This document shows, in pieces, positions 18,778 through 27,630 of a stretch of DNA of 43,735 nucleotides. Under the pieces are notes generated by a model. The model was given only the letters and a program-made list of their open reading frames with translations. It was not told where the DNA came from and made no database searches. The translations under genes were made by a program, and so were the position numbers. Positions within the stretch are counted from its first letter, which is position 1. Every line of letters starts with the position of its first letter. Source of the DNA: a virus (taxonomy: Duplodnaviria; Caudoviricetes); IMG/VR virus record IMGVR_UViG_3300027874_000019, positions 1 to 43,735 of that record; one strand, given 5' to 3'.

Positions 18778-19089
18778 TCAGCTCTCCTGGGTGAGTGTCA
18801 CGCCAGCCTCGGCGGCGGCGGCGGTGAGCGGGGCCACCAGATGAGCGGGCACCGTGGTGGGGTCGGCGGTCACGGTCACGCCGCCGTAGATGAACTCCGA
18901 ATGCGGCTCCCCGACCGTCATCACCGCCGCCTCGCCGGCGTCGACCAGCGCGGTGGCCTGGCGAGCCTGGAGGGCCAGGAGCTGCTCGCGCTCGGCGTCA
19001 GACAGCGGCCCGGTCGCGGGCTTGACGGCGGGGGCCTCAGCCTGCGGCGCGGGAGGCGGCGTGGCGGCCGGGGCGGCGGGCTCGGTCAT
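18778..19089 (-). CDS. Hypothetical protein (MTEPAAPAA...)
   Basis: AGGAGG RBS before ATG 19089; the track's 19455 start is over-extended. Confidence 0.7.
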   Translation of the reverse strand: MTEPAAPAATPPPAPQAEAPAVKPATGPLSDAEREQLLALQARQATALVDAGEAAVMTVGEPHSEFIYGGVTVTADPTTVPAHLVAPLTAAAAEAGVTLTQES

Positions 19090-19100
19090 GACGGGGCCTC

Positions 19101-19577
19101 CTAAGCGGGGATCAGGGACATAGCACGGACGGCCAGCGTGGTGGTGGTGGTGAAGTCCACGACCACCGAGCCCTGCGCGGCGGCGGTGAGCGCCTGGGTG
19201 TTGATCGCCCCGGCGTAGGTGACCAGGGTCGGGGCCTGCTGGTTGTAGGTGGCGGCGTTCCACGGGCCGAGCCAGCCGACCGTGTTGGCGGCGATCGTGT
19301 ACTGGTAGACGGTGGCCGGGATCACCTGGCCGGTGTTGCCCACCAGGTCCCCGACCAGCACCTGGGTCACGCCGGCTGGGGTCGCGCCGCAGGCGTAGAC
19401 CAGGATGACGTTGCCGCCGGGGTTGGGCAGCATCACGCCGAGCGTGGTGGACCACGCGGTGATCGCGCTCGGGGAGCCGAGGTCGTAGCCGGGCGAGGCG
19501 GCGGTGAGGAACGTGCTCCCGGCCGCGCCGAGGTTCAGCGGGATCGGGGCCAGGGTGACCCGTGGTCCGGTGGCCAT
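19101..19577 (-). CDS. Hypothetical virion protein (beta-rich)
   Basis: GGGAG RBS, high GC3, in the head-tail joining block. Confidence 0.7.
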   Translation of the reverse strand: MATGPRVTLAPIPLNLGAAGSTFLTAASPGYDLGSPSAITAWSTTLGVMLPNPGGNVILVYACGATPAGVTQVLVGDLVGNTGQVIPATVYQYTIAANTVGWLGPWNAATYNQQAPTLVTYAGAINTQALTAAAQGSVVVDFTTTTTLAVRAMSLIPA

Positions 19578-19578
19578 G

Positions 19579-19989
19579 TCAGGCTCCCATCACGATCGTG
19601 TAATTCGCGGTGAAGTCGATGCGCCGGTCGGCGGGGTCGTACGGCAGCGGAGACGGCCCGGAGCCGACCCGGTTGGCAGCCACCAGCCACACCCCGTCCA
19701 CCTGGACGGGGAAGGCCGCCCCGGTGATCAGGTCATCGAGCAGCCCGGCGGTCTCCTCGGTCCCGAGCGGGTCGTCCGGGGCCCCGCGGACCCGGGCCTG
19801 GAAGTTGCTGGCGTCGGTGGCCCGTTCCTCGGTGGTGAAGCCGGGCCCGCCGCCGCCGGTGATGACCACCACCCGGTCGGGCTCCTCGGGCACGTACGGG
19901 CCGGGCAGCACCGGCCAGGCCAGTTCCTGCCGGTCGTCCCAGCCGAGGCCCGTGATCCAGTCGATGATCACCTGCGTCTGCGCGGTCAC
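19579..19989 (-). CDS. Tail terminator-like protein
   Basis: GTG 19989 overlaps the upstream TGA. P.EPDRVVVIT..GGPG...E...D...FQ.RVRG and FTANY motifs of actinophage tail terminators. Confidence 0.75.
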   Translation of the reverse strand: MTAQTQVIIDWITGLGWDDRQELAWPVLPGPYVPEEPDRVVVITGGGGPGFTTEERATDASNFQARVRGAPDDPLGTEETAGLLDDLITGAAFPVQVDGVWLVAANRVGSGPSPLPYDPADRRIDFTANYTIVMGA

Positions 19990-20510
19990 AGCGCACCAGT
20001 CCTCGGCGGCGGCAGGCCCATCCGGCCGCGAATGGTGTTGTGCCAGTAGATCCAGCCCTTCAGCGCGCCGGGCATGCCCGCCCACCGCCACCGCAGCTTC
20101 TGCCGCAGCTCGGCCTCGGTCAGCCGGTGCCGCTTGGGGGACCGGTCGTAGACCAGTTCCTCGCCGCGGCGAACCTCGGGGTGCCCGGAGTGGATCAGGT
20201 CCCCGAACTCCCACGGCGCGGCCAGCTCGGCCAGGTCGGACAGATCCTCCATGGCGAAGGCCATCGCCCGGTTGGGGCCCTCGGCCAGGTAGGTGTCCGC
20301 GATATTGGCCAGCCAGACCCGGTAATGGTCGAACAGCGGGCGCTCCAGATACTTGGGGCCACCGCCGCGGGGGTGGTTCAGGTCGAGCCGCTCGTGCTGG
20401 TAGTGGGCGTAAATCTGGTCGACGGTGACGCTGCCGCGCAGCAAGCCGTCACCCGCGCGGGTCCGCTGCAACAGATCCGCGGCGTGCGCCGGGAAGGTCC
20501 CGCCGGTCAC
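19986..20510 (-). CDS. Head-tail joining / neck protein (HK97 gp10-like position)
   Basis: YAHYQHE..L.HP.GG..KYLERPL motif; GTGA coupling at 20510. Confidence 0.65.
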   Translation of the reverse strand: MTGGTFPAHAADLLQRTRAGDGLLRGSVTVDQIYAHYQHERLDLNHPRGGGPKYLERPLFDHYRVWLANIADTYLAEGPNRAMAFAMEDLSDLAELAAPWEFGDLIHSGHPEVRRGEELVYDRSPKRHRLTEAELRQKLRWRWAGMPGALKGWIYWHNTIRGRMGLPPPRTGAL

Positions 20511-21052
20511 GGGTAGGGCCACCAGTCGGTGAGCATGTCCCGGCGGCCCATCTGGTCCGGCGGGGAGGACACGGCCAGGTACCCGGTGGTCGGGTCGTAG
20601 CGGGTGTTGGAATCGTCGGGGGTGAAGATGTTCGGGATCGAGTTGATCACCCGGGCGGCGGTGCCGGTGCCCGCAGCCCCAGGGGCCTGCGCGGCGGCGA
20701 AGTCGATGTTGACCACGCCCTGGCGGATGTCATCGAGCACCTTGACCGCGGCGGTGTACCGCAGGATCACCGGGTGGTTGGGGCCCATCTCCTTCTGCTT
20801 GGCGTAATAGGTGCTCGCCCACCAGGCCGCGAGGTCGAGGGTCAGGTCACGGACGATGCCGGGCATCGACCCGTCGGTGGGGTCGTAGACCTCGTCGGTG
20901 TAGGTGGTGACCCGGTTGGAGGCCGCCTCCAGCGCGAGGGTGAGCTGTTCGTCGGACAACTGGGCAGCGGTGCCTGTGCCCGCGTCGGTGCTGTCCAGCA
21001 CCAGGCGCAGGTCATCGACGCTCGCATACGTCACCGCTGCCGGGGTCGTCAT
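20507..21052 (-). CDS. Head-tail adaptor, Mu gp36/DUF1320-like
   Basis: YASVDDL, L..AS..V..Y, P..VRDLT.DLAA and RY..AVK.L..I..G motifs. Confidence 0.8.
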   Translation of the reverse strand: MTTPAAVTYASVDDLRLVLDSTDAGTGTAAQLSDEQLTLALEAASNRVTTYTDEVYDPTDGSMPGIVRDLTLDLAAWWASTYYAKQKEMGPNHPVILRYTAAVKVLDDIRQGVVNIDFAAAQAPGAAGTGTAARVINSIPNIFTPDDSNTRYDPTTGYLAVSSPPDQMGRRDMLTDWWPYP

Positions 21053-21246
21053 CCAGGCCCGCTCCCCGCCGATACCGCCTGCTGGCTGGGCGCGTCGAGC
21101 TGCAGCAGGTTGCTGGTGCCGCCGTAGGCGGTCTCCAGCGGGTGGCCGGCCGGGATGTCGACCACGGTGCCGGCCCGGGTGTGGATGATGCCGCCGTCCC
21201 AGGGCACGTCGACTGTGGTGATCACCATGCGGGGGTTGGCAGCCAC
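21049..21246 (-). CDS. Small hypothetical virion protein
   Basis: AGGAGG RBS; ATGA coupling to the downstream gene. Confidence 0.7.
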   Translation of the reverse strand: MAANPRMVITTVDVPWDGGIIHTRAGTVVDIPAGHPLETAYGGTSNLLQLDAPSQQAVSAGSGPG

Positions 21247-21257
21247 GGGGTTTCCTC

Positions 21258-21530
21258 CTAGTTGGTCAGGCCGGCGTGCCCGACGGTGTCCTGGCCGTCC
21301 ACGAACGTGCGCAGGTTGCCCGCGCCGATCTGGGCGTACAGCGGCCCGGCGGGGTCGAGCATGATCACCTGGCCGATCGGGTAGCTGGTCGCCCAGATCG
21401 GCCCGCCCGTGGTGGCGGCCGAGCCGTAGCCGGCCGCCCCGGCCGTGCCGGGCTCCCCCGCCACGACAGTCGCCGCCGCGCCGGGGTTGACGATCACGGT
21501 GGCGGTGAGCACGTACCGGTTGACGGCCAT
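21258..21530 (-). CDS. Small hypothetical virion protein (MAVNRYVL...)
   Basis: TGATG overlap with the upstream gene; high GC3. Confidence 0.7.
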   Translation of the reverse strand: MAVNRYVLTATVIVNPGAAATVVAGEPGTAGAAGYGSAATTGGPIWATSYPIGQVIMLDPAGPLYAQIGAGNLRTFVDGQDTVGHAGLTN

Positions 21531-21952
21531 CAGAACCCCCACGGTGCTGCGGGGATGACCGCGCCCTGGGTGCCGAAGCCGGTGTAGGTGACGGCGTCCG
21601 CGAGCTGCCCGAAGGTAGCCCCGCTGGAGTGCGACCGGACGGCGGCGGTCACGGGGATCGAAGTGGCGGTGGCGCTGCCGCTTACCGTGAGTACCTCCGT
21701 GAGCTGGCCGGTGTCATACAGCAGCACCATGCCGTTCGTGAAGGACACGCCACCGGAGGCCACCCCGATCGCCGTGCCGCCGGGCGCGAGCGCTGCGTTG
21801 CTGGTGCCGGTGGGAGCAGCAGCGGACAGCGTGTAGTACCACTCGCAGCCCGAGCAGCGGAAGCTGGTGGCCCCGTCGATCCCCACGAACGACCGGAGTA
21901 TCCGGCACCGCGGGCAGGTGAGCCGGATGCTGGTGGGGACGGCGACGGCCAT
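21530..21952 (-). CDS. Hypothetical protein with N-terminal zinc ribbon (CPRC...CSGC) and a beta-rich domain
   Basis: Two CxxC pairs; GAGGAG RBS. Confidence 0.7.
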   Translation of the reverse strand: MAVAVPTSIRLTCPRCRILRSFVGIDGATSFRCSGCEWYYTLSAAAPTGTSNAALAPGGTAIGVASGGVSFTNGMVLLYDTGQLTEVLTVSGSATATSIPVTAAVRSHSSGATFGQLADAVTYTGFGTQGAVIPAAPWGF

Positions 21953-21955
21953 AAC

Positions 21956-22381
21956 TCAGCTCCTCGATCCTGCCCGTGCCGGGGCACGCCGGGCCCGCGG
22001 CGGGATGTCGACCGCGTCCACGGGTGACGCTGTCTCGTCGCCGGGCTGCGGCTCGTTCGCCTCGGGCGGCTCGGTGGTGATGATCTGGCTGGAGCCCGCC
22101 GGGTCCGGGCGGGTGTCCGCGCCGGGGCCGGGCACGCCGACGATCAGGCCGGTGCGCCGGCTGACCTGGATGCCCGAGAGCTGCCGGGGCAGGATGCGGG
22201 GCCGCTCACCGCCGTCCTTGGCCGGGCGGATCATGGCGATGGCTTTGAGCGGCGGCCGGAACAGGTCGGCCTGGGCATCGGTCAGCTCGATGGTCTCCCC
22301 GGCGAACACCAGGTCGGTCTCCTTGCCGGCGTCACCCTCGCGGGGCACCGACAGGTTGACGATCGCTTCGTAGGCCGACAT
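21956..22381 (-). CDS. Hypothetical protein downstream of the capsid gene
   Basis: Coupled to the capsid stop; acidic/Pro-rich C-terminus. Confidence 0.7.
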   Translation of the reverse strand: MSAYEAIVNLSVPREGDAGKETDLVFAGETIELTDAQADLFRPPLKAIAMIRPAKDGGERPRILPRQLSGIQVSRRTGLIVGVPGPGADTRPDPAGSSQIITTEPPEANEPQPGDETASPVDAVDIPPRARRAPARAGSRS

Positions 22382-23292
22382 CACACCCCGCTCAGCAGCG
22401 CGATGGCCAGCGGCTGGTCCAGGCCGAGCGCGGCGGCCCGCTGGACGTCCGACCGCCAGGTCTTGCGCGGTTCGTCGCGGTACAGCGGCCCGGCCATGAA
22501 CGGCAGCTCATCGGAGAAGAACCCGCAGCGCTGCCGCTGCATGACGATGGCGTTGCCGGCGGGGATCTGCCGGGACACCATCACGTCGAGGTTGAGGATC
22601 TTCTGCGGCAGCACGCCTGTGTACAGCAGGTTCTCGCTGGCGATGTCACCGACGTACGGCGCGGCGAACGTGTTGCTCTGCAGCAGCGTGTTCTTGGTGC
22701 CGTGGTTGATGATCAGCGTGTCGGCCTCGAAGCCCAGCCACTGGGTCAGCCCGGTCGGGCTGGTGGTGGCGGCGTTCTCCACCAGGTAGCAGGCCTGGGC
22801 GAGGTCGGCGCGGATCGTCGCCGCCGCGGACGCCCAGGTGTTGGCCACCGCGAGGGTCTGGATGCTGACGTTGGCCACCACCGCGGCGTAGAACGCCGTG
22901 TTCCAGCTATAGGTCATCGTGTTCTTGACCTGCAGCAACTGCCGGGTGACCGGGTCGACCACCTGGCGGCGGCGCATCTCGTCGGACACCATGATCGCCA
23001 TGGCGCGCTCGTGCGCGAAGACCACCCGGGGGATGCCGATCGAGGTTGGCACGATCGGCACTTCAGCGAACTCAGCGCGGATCTCGGGGAAGTCGTCGGC
23101 GTACAGCGGCGTCGACTCCGCGTAGCGGACAGCGCCGCTCGGGGTGTTGCCGCCGTTGCGCAGCACGGAGTCCACGATGAACTCGTTCTGCGTCAGGTCG
23201 AGGATGAGCTGCGGGATGACCAGCGGGTCCTTCAGCAGCTCGTTGACGGTAACTCTGGGGCCATCGCTGTACCCGCGTGCGGCGACCGGCAT
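22381..23292 (-). CDS. Major capsid protein (HK97 fold)
   Basis: 303 aa; AEFAEVP and VSDEMRRR motifs and C-terminal LDQPLAIALLSGV; GAGGAG RBS; follows the protease/scaffold and decoration genes. Confidence 0.85.
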   Translation of the reverse strand: MPVAARGYSDGPRVTVNELLKDPLVIPQLILDLTQNEFIVDSVLRNGGNTPSGAVRYAESTPLYADDFPEIRAEFAEVPIVPTSIGIPRVVFAHERAMAIMVSDEMRRRQVVDPVTRQLLQVKNTMTYSWNTAFYAAVVANVSIQTLAVANTWASAAATIRADLAQACYLVENAATTSPTGLTQWLGFEADTLIINHGTKNTLLQSNTFAAPYVGDIASENLLYTGVLPQKILNLDVMVSRQIPAGNAIVMQRQRCGFFSDELPFMAGPLYRDEPRKTWRSDVQRAAALGLDQPLAIALLSGV

Positions 23293-23305
23293 CGGTCAGC
23301 TCCTC

Positions 23306-23800
23306 TCAGAAAATCCTGGCCCGGCCCAGGAAGAAGCTGGATGCGCCGATGCCGCCGATCTGCTGCGTGAGCTGACCGGCGGCCACGCCGCCCGGGTGGG
23401 TGCAGCGGCCGATCACCTGGTCGAAGGTGCCCGCGCCGATGGTGACGGCGGTGCCGTTAGCTCCCGTGATGATCAGCGCGCCTGGCGCAGTCGCGCCGGC
23501 GTACCAGACCCAGATGTCCACCGGGCCGTGGTAGACGCCGGTGAAGTCGGTGAGCACGCTGATGTCGAGCTGGGGCTCGCCGTAGGTGTTGGTGGCAGGC
23601 GGGATCTGGGAGGCCAGCACGTTGGCATCCCCGCCGGCCACACCCAGGCATGCCTTCGACCCCGCCACGGTGGGCTTGATCGTCAGGTCGGTGGTGCCCG
23701 CAGTCTGGGTGGTGTTCTCAACCAACTGGCCACCGAAGATCAACGTCGAGACCTGGTAGCTAGCCGGTCCTGCCTTGTAGTGCGGAAGAACCGCAGCCAT
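23306..23800 (-). CDS. Capsid decoration/cement protein
   Basis: IFGGQLV, LGVA..DA and G.LIITGANG.AV motifs; position immediately before the major capsid gene. Confidence 0.7.
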   Translation of the reverse strand: MAAVLPHYKAGPASYQVSTLIFGGQLVENTTQTAGTTDLTIKPTVAGSKACLGVAGGDANVLASQIPPATNTYGEPQLDISVLTDFTGVYHGPVDIWVWYAGATAPGALIITGANGTAVTIGAGTFDQVIGRCTHPGGVAAGQLTQQIGGIGASSFFLGRARIF

Positions 23801-23812
23801 GGCGCTGACCTC

Positions 23813-24013
23813 CTAGTTGCTGTTGGATACGCCGGCCTGCTCGCCGGTCGAGTCGCGGAACGTGGTGGCCCGGAGCGTGCCGCCTGCCCCGGTGATCGCG
23901 GCCTGCTCGCTGGCGGACAGCTCGACCACCTGGCCCGGCTGCAGGGTCCGGGCGGGGTGGGCGTAGTCGGTGGCCGGGATCGTCACGGCCTTGGTGATGA
24001 TCTGCCGGGACAT
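23813..24013 (-). CDS. Small hypothetical head-module protein
   Basis: TGATG coupling with the protease gene. Confidence 0.65.
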   Translation of the reverse strand: MSRQIITKAVTIPATDYAHPARTLQPGQVVELSASEQAAITGAGGTLRATTFRDSTGEQAGVSNSN

Positions 24014-25233
24014 CAGGTCATCCCGAACATCTGCGCGCGGGCCCGCTTGACGATGTCGTCGCGGGCCGTCTCGGCCTCGGTGTCGACGGGCTCATCCATC
24101 GCGGAGCCCAGTTCCACGCCGATGCCGAGCTGCTGGCCGAGCTTCTGGTACTCGGTGAGGATCTTGCGGACGATCTGCCCGGCGTCCACAGACGTGCCGC
24201 CGGCGAGGTCGACCACATGCCCCGCGCCTTCGAGCAGCGGCTGGGCCAGGTCCGCGATGTAGGGCGGGGTGCCGGCGGTGACCAGCCGCTGCCGCTCGCT
24301 GGTCCACCGCTCGCGGTCGAGCTGCGCGGTGATGATGCCGAGCTGCCGGGCGTTCTCCTCCACCCCGGCCTGCGCCAGCTCGGCGGCCAGCGTGCCGGCG
24401 TCGTTGGCCAGGCCGGCTCCCACCGGCTGCTGGCCCGCCTCCTCGGCCTCCAGCTCGCGCTCCAGCTCGGCCAGCTCCTCATCGGACATGGCGTCGATCT
24501 GCGCGGCGATAGCGACGGCCTCGGGGTCGTCTTCCTCGCCGGCGGCGGGGGCGTTGCCGTCGCCGTTGCCGTTGAGGGTAGGGGCCTGGCCCAGGCCGGC
24601 TGCGCCGCCGGCCGCTACCAGCGCCGCGAGCTTGTCCGGGTCGAGGTCCAACAGTTTGGCCAGCCTTGCCGCCTGGTCGTCGGTCAGCTCGGGCATGCCC
24701 GGCTCCTCTCCTGCGAAGTGGGCCGTGGACAGGTCCAGCAGGACCGTCACGGCGTCATTGGCGGCTTCGACGGTGCTCCAGCCGCCCATGCCGGGAATGC
24801 GGGGGTCGAGCGTGCCGAGCACATGCTGGATCGCCTTCGGGAAGAACTTGCCGTCGGCGCGGTCGTAGCCCTCCACGATCCGGGCGGATACGCCGAGCCC
24901 GGGGTTGGCGGTCAGCACCGCCGCCCCGGCCTGGGTGGGGTCCATCTCGATGTAGAGCCCGTCGGGCTCCAGGGTCATGCTGGTGATCTGGCCACGGGTG
25001 CGCTCGGGGTCGTTGGTGTGGGTGTTCTTGGCATCCGCGAGCTGGAACGGCACCTGGTCGTAGGCCTTGTCGCGGAACGCGCCGACCAGGCCGGCGAGGT
25101 AGTCCTTGGTGAACTTCAGCACGCGGCCCTGGTAGTGGATCTCCCCGATGGGCAGCAGTTTCTTGCGCCACCGGCCGGGGCCGGCGGGGGTGGCCCGGTG
25201 GCTGGTGAACGGGGTGAGGACGGCGGCGCTCAC
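24013..25233 (-). CDS. Prohead protease-scaffold fusion, Mu gpI-like
   Basis: N-terminal protease-like region (H in KNTHTNDPE, DGLY, GVSARI, HVLGTLDPRIPGM) and acidic coiled-coil C-terminal scaffold. Confidence 0.8.
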   Translation of the reverse strand: MSAAVLTPFTSHRATPAGPGRWRKKLLPIGEIHYQGRVLKFTKDYLAGLVGAFRDKAYDQVPFQLADAKNTHTNDPERTRGQITSMTLEPDGLYIEMDPTQAGAAVLTANPGLGVSARIVEGYDRADGKFFPKAIQHVLGTLDPRIPGMGGWSTVEAANDAVTVLLDLSTAHFAGEEPGMPELTDDQAARLAKLLDLDPDKLAALVAAGGAAGLGQAPTLNGNGDGNAPAAGEEDDPEAVAIAAQIDAMSDEELAELERELEAEEAGQQPVGAGLANDAGTLAAELAQAGVEENARQLGIITAQLDRERWTSERQRLVTAGTPPYIADLAQPLLEGAGHVVDLAGGTSVDAGQIVRKILTEYQKLGQQLGIGVELGSAMDEPVDTEAETARDDIVKRARAQMFGMT

Positions 25234-26255
25234 TTGCGCTCCGCCCTGCGGGCGAAGTTGTGCGCCCGCTCGTGCGGGAAGCCCCGGCCGCGGAGTTTCT
25301 TGTAGATCGTCTGTCCCTTGCGGCCGAGCCCGGAGATGTCGTTGCCGGTGGTGCGCGGCCCGTCGGAGCTGCCCGCCGTCGGGGTCGCCAGGGTGCTGAT
25401 CGCGGGCACGCCAGCCGCCCGCATCAGCTCGGTCTGGGTGTCGCCGCGCTGCAACGCGGGAGCCCGGACCACGTCGCCGCCGCGGTGATAGGGCGAGGGG
25501 GTGCTGCGGTTGTGGGTGCCGATCAGCTCCAGCAGCGCGCCGCGCTGACGGGTGTGCGGGTTCAGGTCTTTGCCACCAGCAGCGGCGACCCAGGCCCCGT
25601 CGGTGCCGCGGGTGATACGGCCGATCTCATACCCGCCGCGGCGGTGGCGGACGATCGCCTCGCCCTCGGCCCCGCGGCTGATCACCAGGTCGAACGGGCT
25701 GGACACAGGCAGGCGCGGCCGGTTGACCATAGCGAACTCCAGGGCTGGCAGGGTGTTGGCGGCGGCCCACGAGGCCTTCAGCGCCTTGGACTTGCCGTAC
25801 TGGGCGGCGGTGCGGCGCAGCAGCCCGGCAAGAGCGGCGCGGCGGGCCGGTGACTTGACCCGGCCGACCGCCCGGCGGGCGTCCTCCCACGACTTGGGGC
25901 TGGTGATTGGGAACCCGTGCGGGGCTCCGGGGCTGGCTGGCGGTAGCGCGTGCCCGGCCTTGAACGCCGCGGCCCGCCCCTCCTTGCCGAGGTTCTTGTT
26001 GCTGCCGCCCTTGCCGCTACGCAACGTGCTGCCCCGGGCGGCCTTGCCCAGCTCGCCCATGTTCGGCCCGAACGGCCTGGGCGGGGCCAGGCCTTTTGGG
26101 CGCATCCCGGTCCTGCGGTGCCCTGCGGACGGGCTCCTGCCGTGACCGGTGTGGGACCGGGGCGCGGGCACTCTGGGCAGCCCAGGGCCGCCAACGTACC
26201 GCCAGCCGTGAACGTAGCCGTGAGGGCCTACGAGATTAATAACGGGGGCCGTCAC
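25230..26255 (-). CDS. Modular head-associated protein (VGPHGYVHGW tag, DUF6582-like segment, C-terminal IYKKLR..G helix pair)
   Basis: GGAGG RBS 7 nt before GTG 26255; basic and modular; GTGA-coupled to the protease gene. Confidence 0.75.
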   Translation of the reverse strand: MTAPVINLVGPHGYVHGWRYVGGPGLPRVPAPRSHTGHGRSPSAGHRRTGMRPKGLAPPRPFGPNMGELGKAARGSTLRSGKGGSNKNLGKEGRAAAFKAGHALPPASPGAPHGFPITSPKSWEDARRAVGRVKSPARRAALAGLLRRTAAQYGKSKALKASWAAANTLPALEFAMVNRPRLPVSSPFDLVISRGAEGEAIVRHRRGGYEIGRITRGTDGAWVAAAGGKDLNPHTRQRGALLELIGTHNRSTPSPYHRGGDVVRAPALQRGDTQTELMRAAGVPAISTLATPTAGSSDGPRTTGNDISGLGRKGQTIYKKLRGRGFPHERAHNFARRAERK

Positions 26256-26298
26256 ATCCCCGCCTCCGGTCGCTTCAAGGACCGGCACGCGCGGGGAC

Positions 26299-26356
26299 TA
26301 GCGCGCCGAACTCGTTCTAGCTCGGCAGCCTACGCGCTAATTTCCCGGCGGGGAAA
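26299..26356 (-). promoter_or_regulatory. Structured intergenic region with a possible -10 (TAGGCT) upstream of the head operon
   Basis: TAGCGCG/CGCGCTA and CCGAGCT/AGTTCGG stems, plus a TTTCCC/GGGAAA hairpin; locally lower GC. Confidence 0.4.
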
Positions 26357-26379
26357 GAGGCTGACCTGTACTTACAGGC

Positions 26380-27417
26380 TCAGAAAGTGCCCGACATGAC
26401 GTTGTTCCACAGGCTGACCGTGGCCGGATCGGTGAACTGGTGCCGGTGCAGGTCGTCTTGCGCCAGGCCGCCGGCGGTGCAGTCGGAGTACCAGTAGATG
26501 ACCCCGAACCACAGCGGCACCTGCGGAGACAGCAGGTAGGTCATGTCGGCGGCGATCCGGTCCCGCTGGGCGGCAGCGCCTGGCGCGGCGCACACGCCGT
26601 ACTCGGGGGTCATGAGTTTCTTGCCGCTGTGCCCGACGTAGCCCAGCCAGGTCTGGAACTGCTGCGAGCTGGCCAGGCCGCCCGGCTTCAGCACCGCCTG
26701 GTTCTGGTACTGGTCGGAGCCGTAGATGTCGAAGTCGATCGCGCCGGGCCCGGTGGCCGGGACGATCCACGAGCCGTTCGCGCCCGGCCCGTTCGGGGTG
26801 TAGGCGCTGCCCGCGGAGTCGGCCATGATCAGCACCTGGACGCCCTGCGGCTTGGCCGCGCGGATCGCCGCCGACATCTGCTCGAACCAGGCGAAGTACT
26901 GGCCGGGGCTGGACCACCCCTGGTGCTCGTACTCCTGGCTGGGGATCATCACCACCGGGGCGGAGCGGGGCGGGATCGAGTTGACGTAGGCGGTGATCAT
27001 CGCCGGGGTGATCTTCGGGTTCGGGCCGGGGATGCACACGCACAGCAGGCAGTTGCCCGGGATCGAGGACTCCTGGTCGGTTTTCTTGTGCCCGGCGGCC
27101 CAGGTGGTCATGACCTCGGTCGGGTAGTAGAACAGCTTGTTGGCCGCGCAGTTGGGGAACGTGGCACCGAACGCGGTCTTGCCGGTGAGGGTGGGTCCGC
27201 GGCCGGTGCCCGCGAGCCAGGCGCTGGTCATCGACGGACAGTCGCCGGGGTAACTGAACACCATCCCCATCCAGGTGGCCGGCACGGTCTGGTAGGCGGG
27301 CGGCGGCGGCGGCGCGGCCGGCTGGGTCAGGCCACCTGCGGTGTGCATGGCGATCGAGCCTGGCGGATACGGCGGGGTCGGCAGCGGGGCCCCCGCCGCG
27401 TAGATCGGGTGACTCAT
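26380..27417 (-). CDS. Glycoside hydrolase, clan GH-A (GH26-like TIM barrel) with Pro-rich N-terminus
   Basis: SQEYE (acid/base-like), DIYGSDQY, KKLMTPEYG (nucleophile-like) and VIYW motifs in GH26 order. Confidence 0.65.
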   Translation of the reverse strand: MSHPIYAAGAPLPTPPYPPGSIAMHTAGGLTQPAAPPPPPAYQTVPATWMGMVFSYPGDCPSMTSAWLAGTGRGPTLTGKTAFGATFPNCAANKLFYYPTEVMTTWAAGHKKTDQESSIPGNCLLCVCIPGPNPKITPAMITAYVNSIPPRSAPVVMIPSQEYEHQGWSSPGQYFAWFEQMSAAIRAAKPQGVQVLIMADSAGSAYTPNGPGANGSWIVPATGPGAIDFDIYGSDQYQNQAVLKPGGLASSQQFQTWLGYVGHSGKKLMTPEYGVCAAPGAAAQRDRIAADMTYLLSPQVPLWFGVIYWYSDCTAGGLAQDDLHRHQFTDPATVSLWNNVMSGTF

Positions 27418-27420
27418 CGG

Positions 27421-27630
27421 TCAGTCCTCCAGGGGTGGCCCGACAATGGTGATGTAACCGTTGGTGAACCCGTTCAGGCTGTCATAAGCGTCCTCGGCGT
27501 TCCCGCCGGCGATGCGCAGCGCCGAGGCGGCGACCTCTTGCAGTCCCGGGGTGTCGCCGGCCAGCTCGCCGCTGTCGAGGGTGATCTGGCCGAGGGTGCG
27601 TGTGGTGCTGTACACGGTGAGTGCTGTCAT
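27421..27630 (-). CDS. Small acidic protein coupled to the kinase-ending polyprotein (MTALTVYS...NGFTNGY...)
   Basis: ATG 27630 overlaps TGA 27629-27627 (ATGA); 69 aa. Confidence 0.7.
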   Translation of the reverse strand: MTALTVYSTTRTLGQITLDSGELAGDTPGLQEVAASALRIAGGNAEDAYDSLNGFTNGYITIVGPPLED

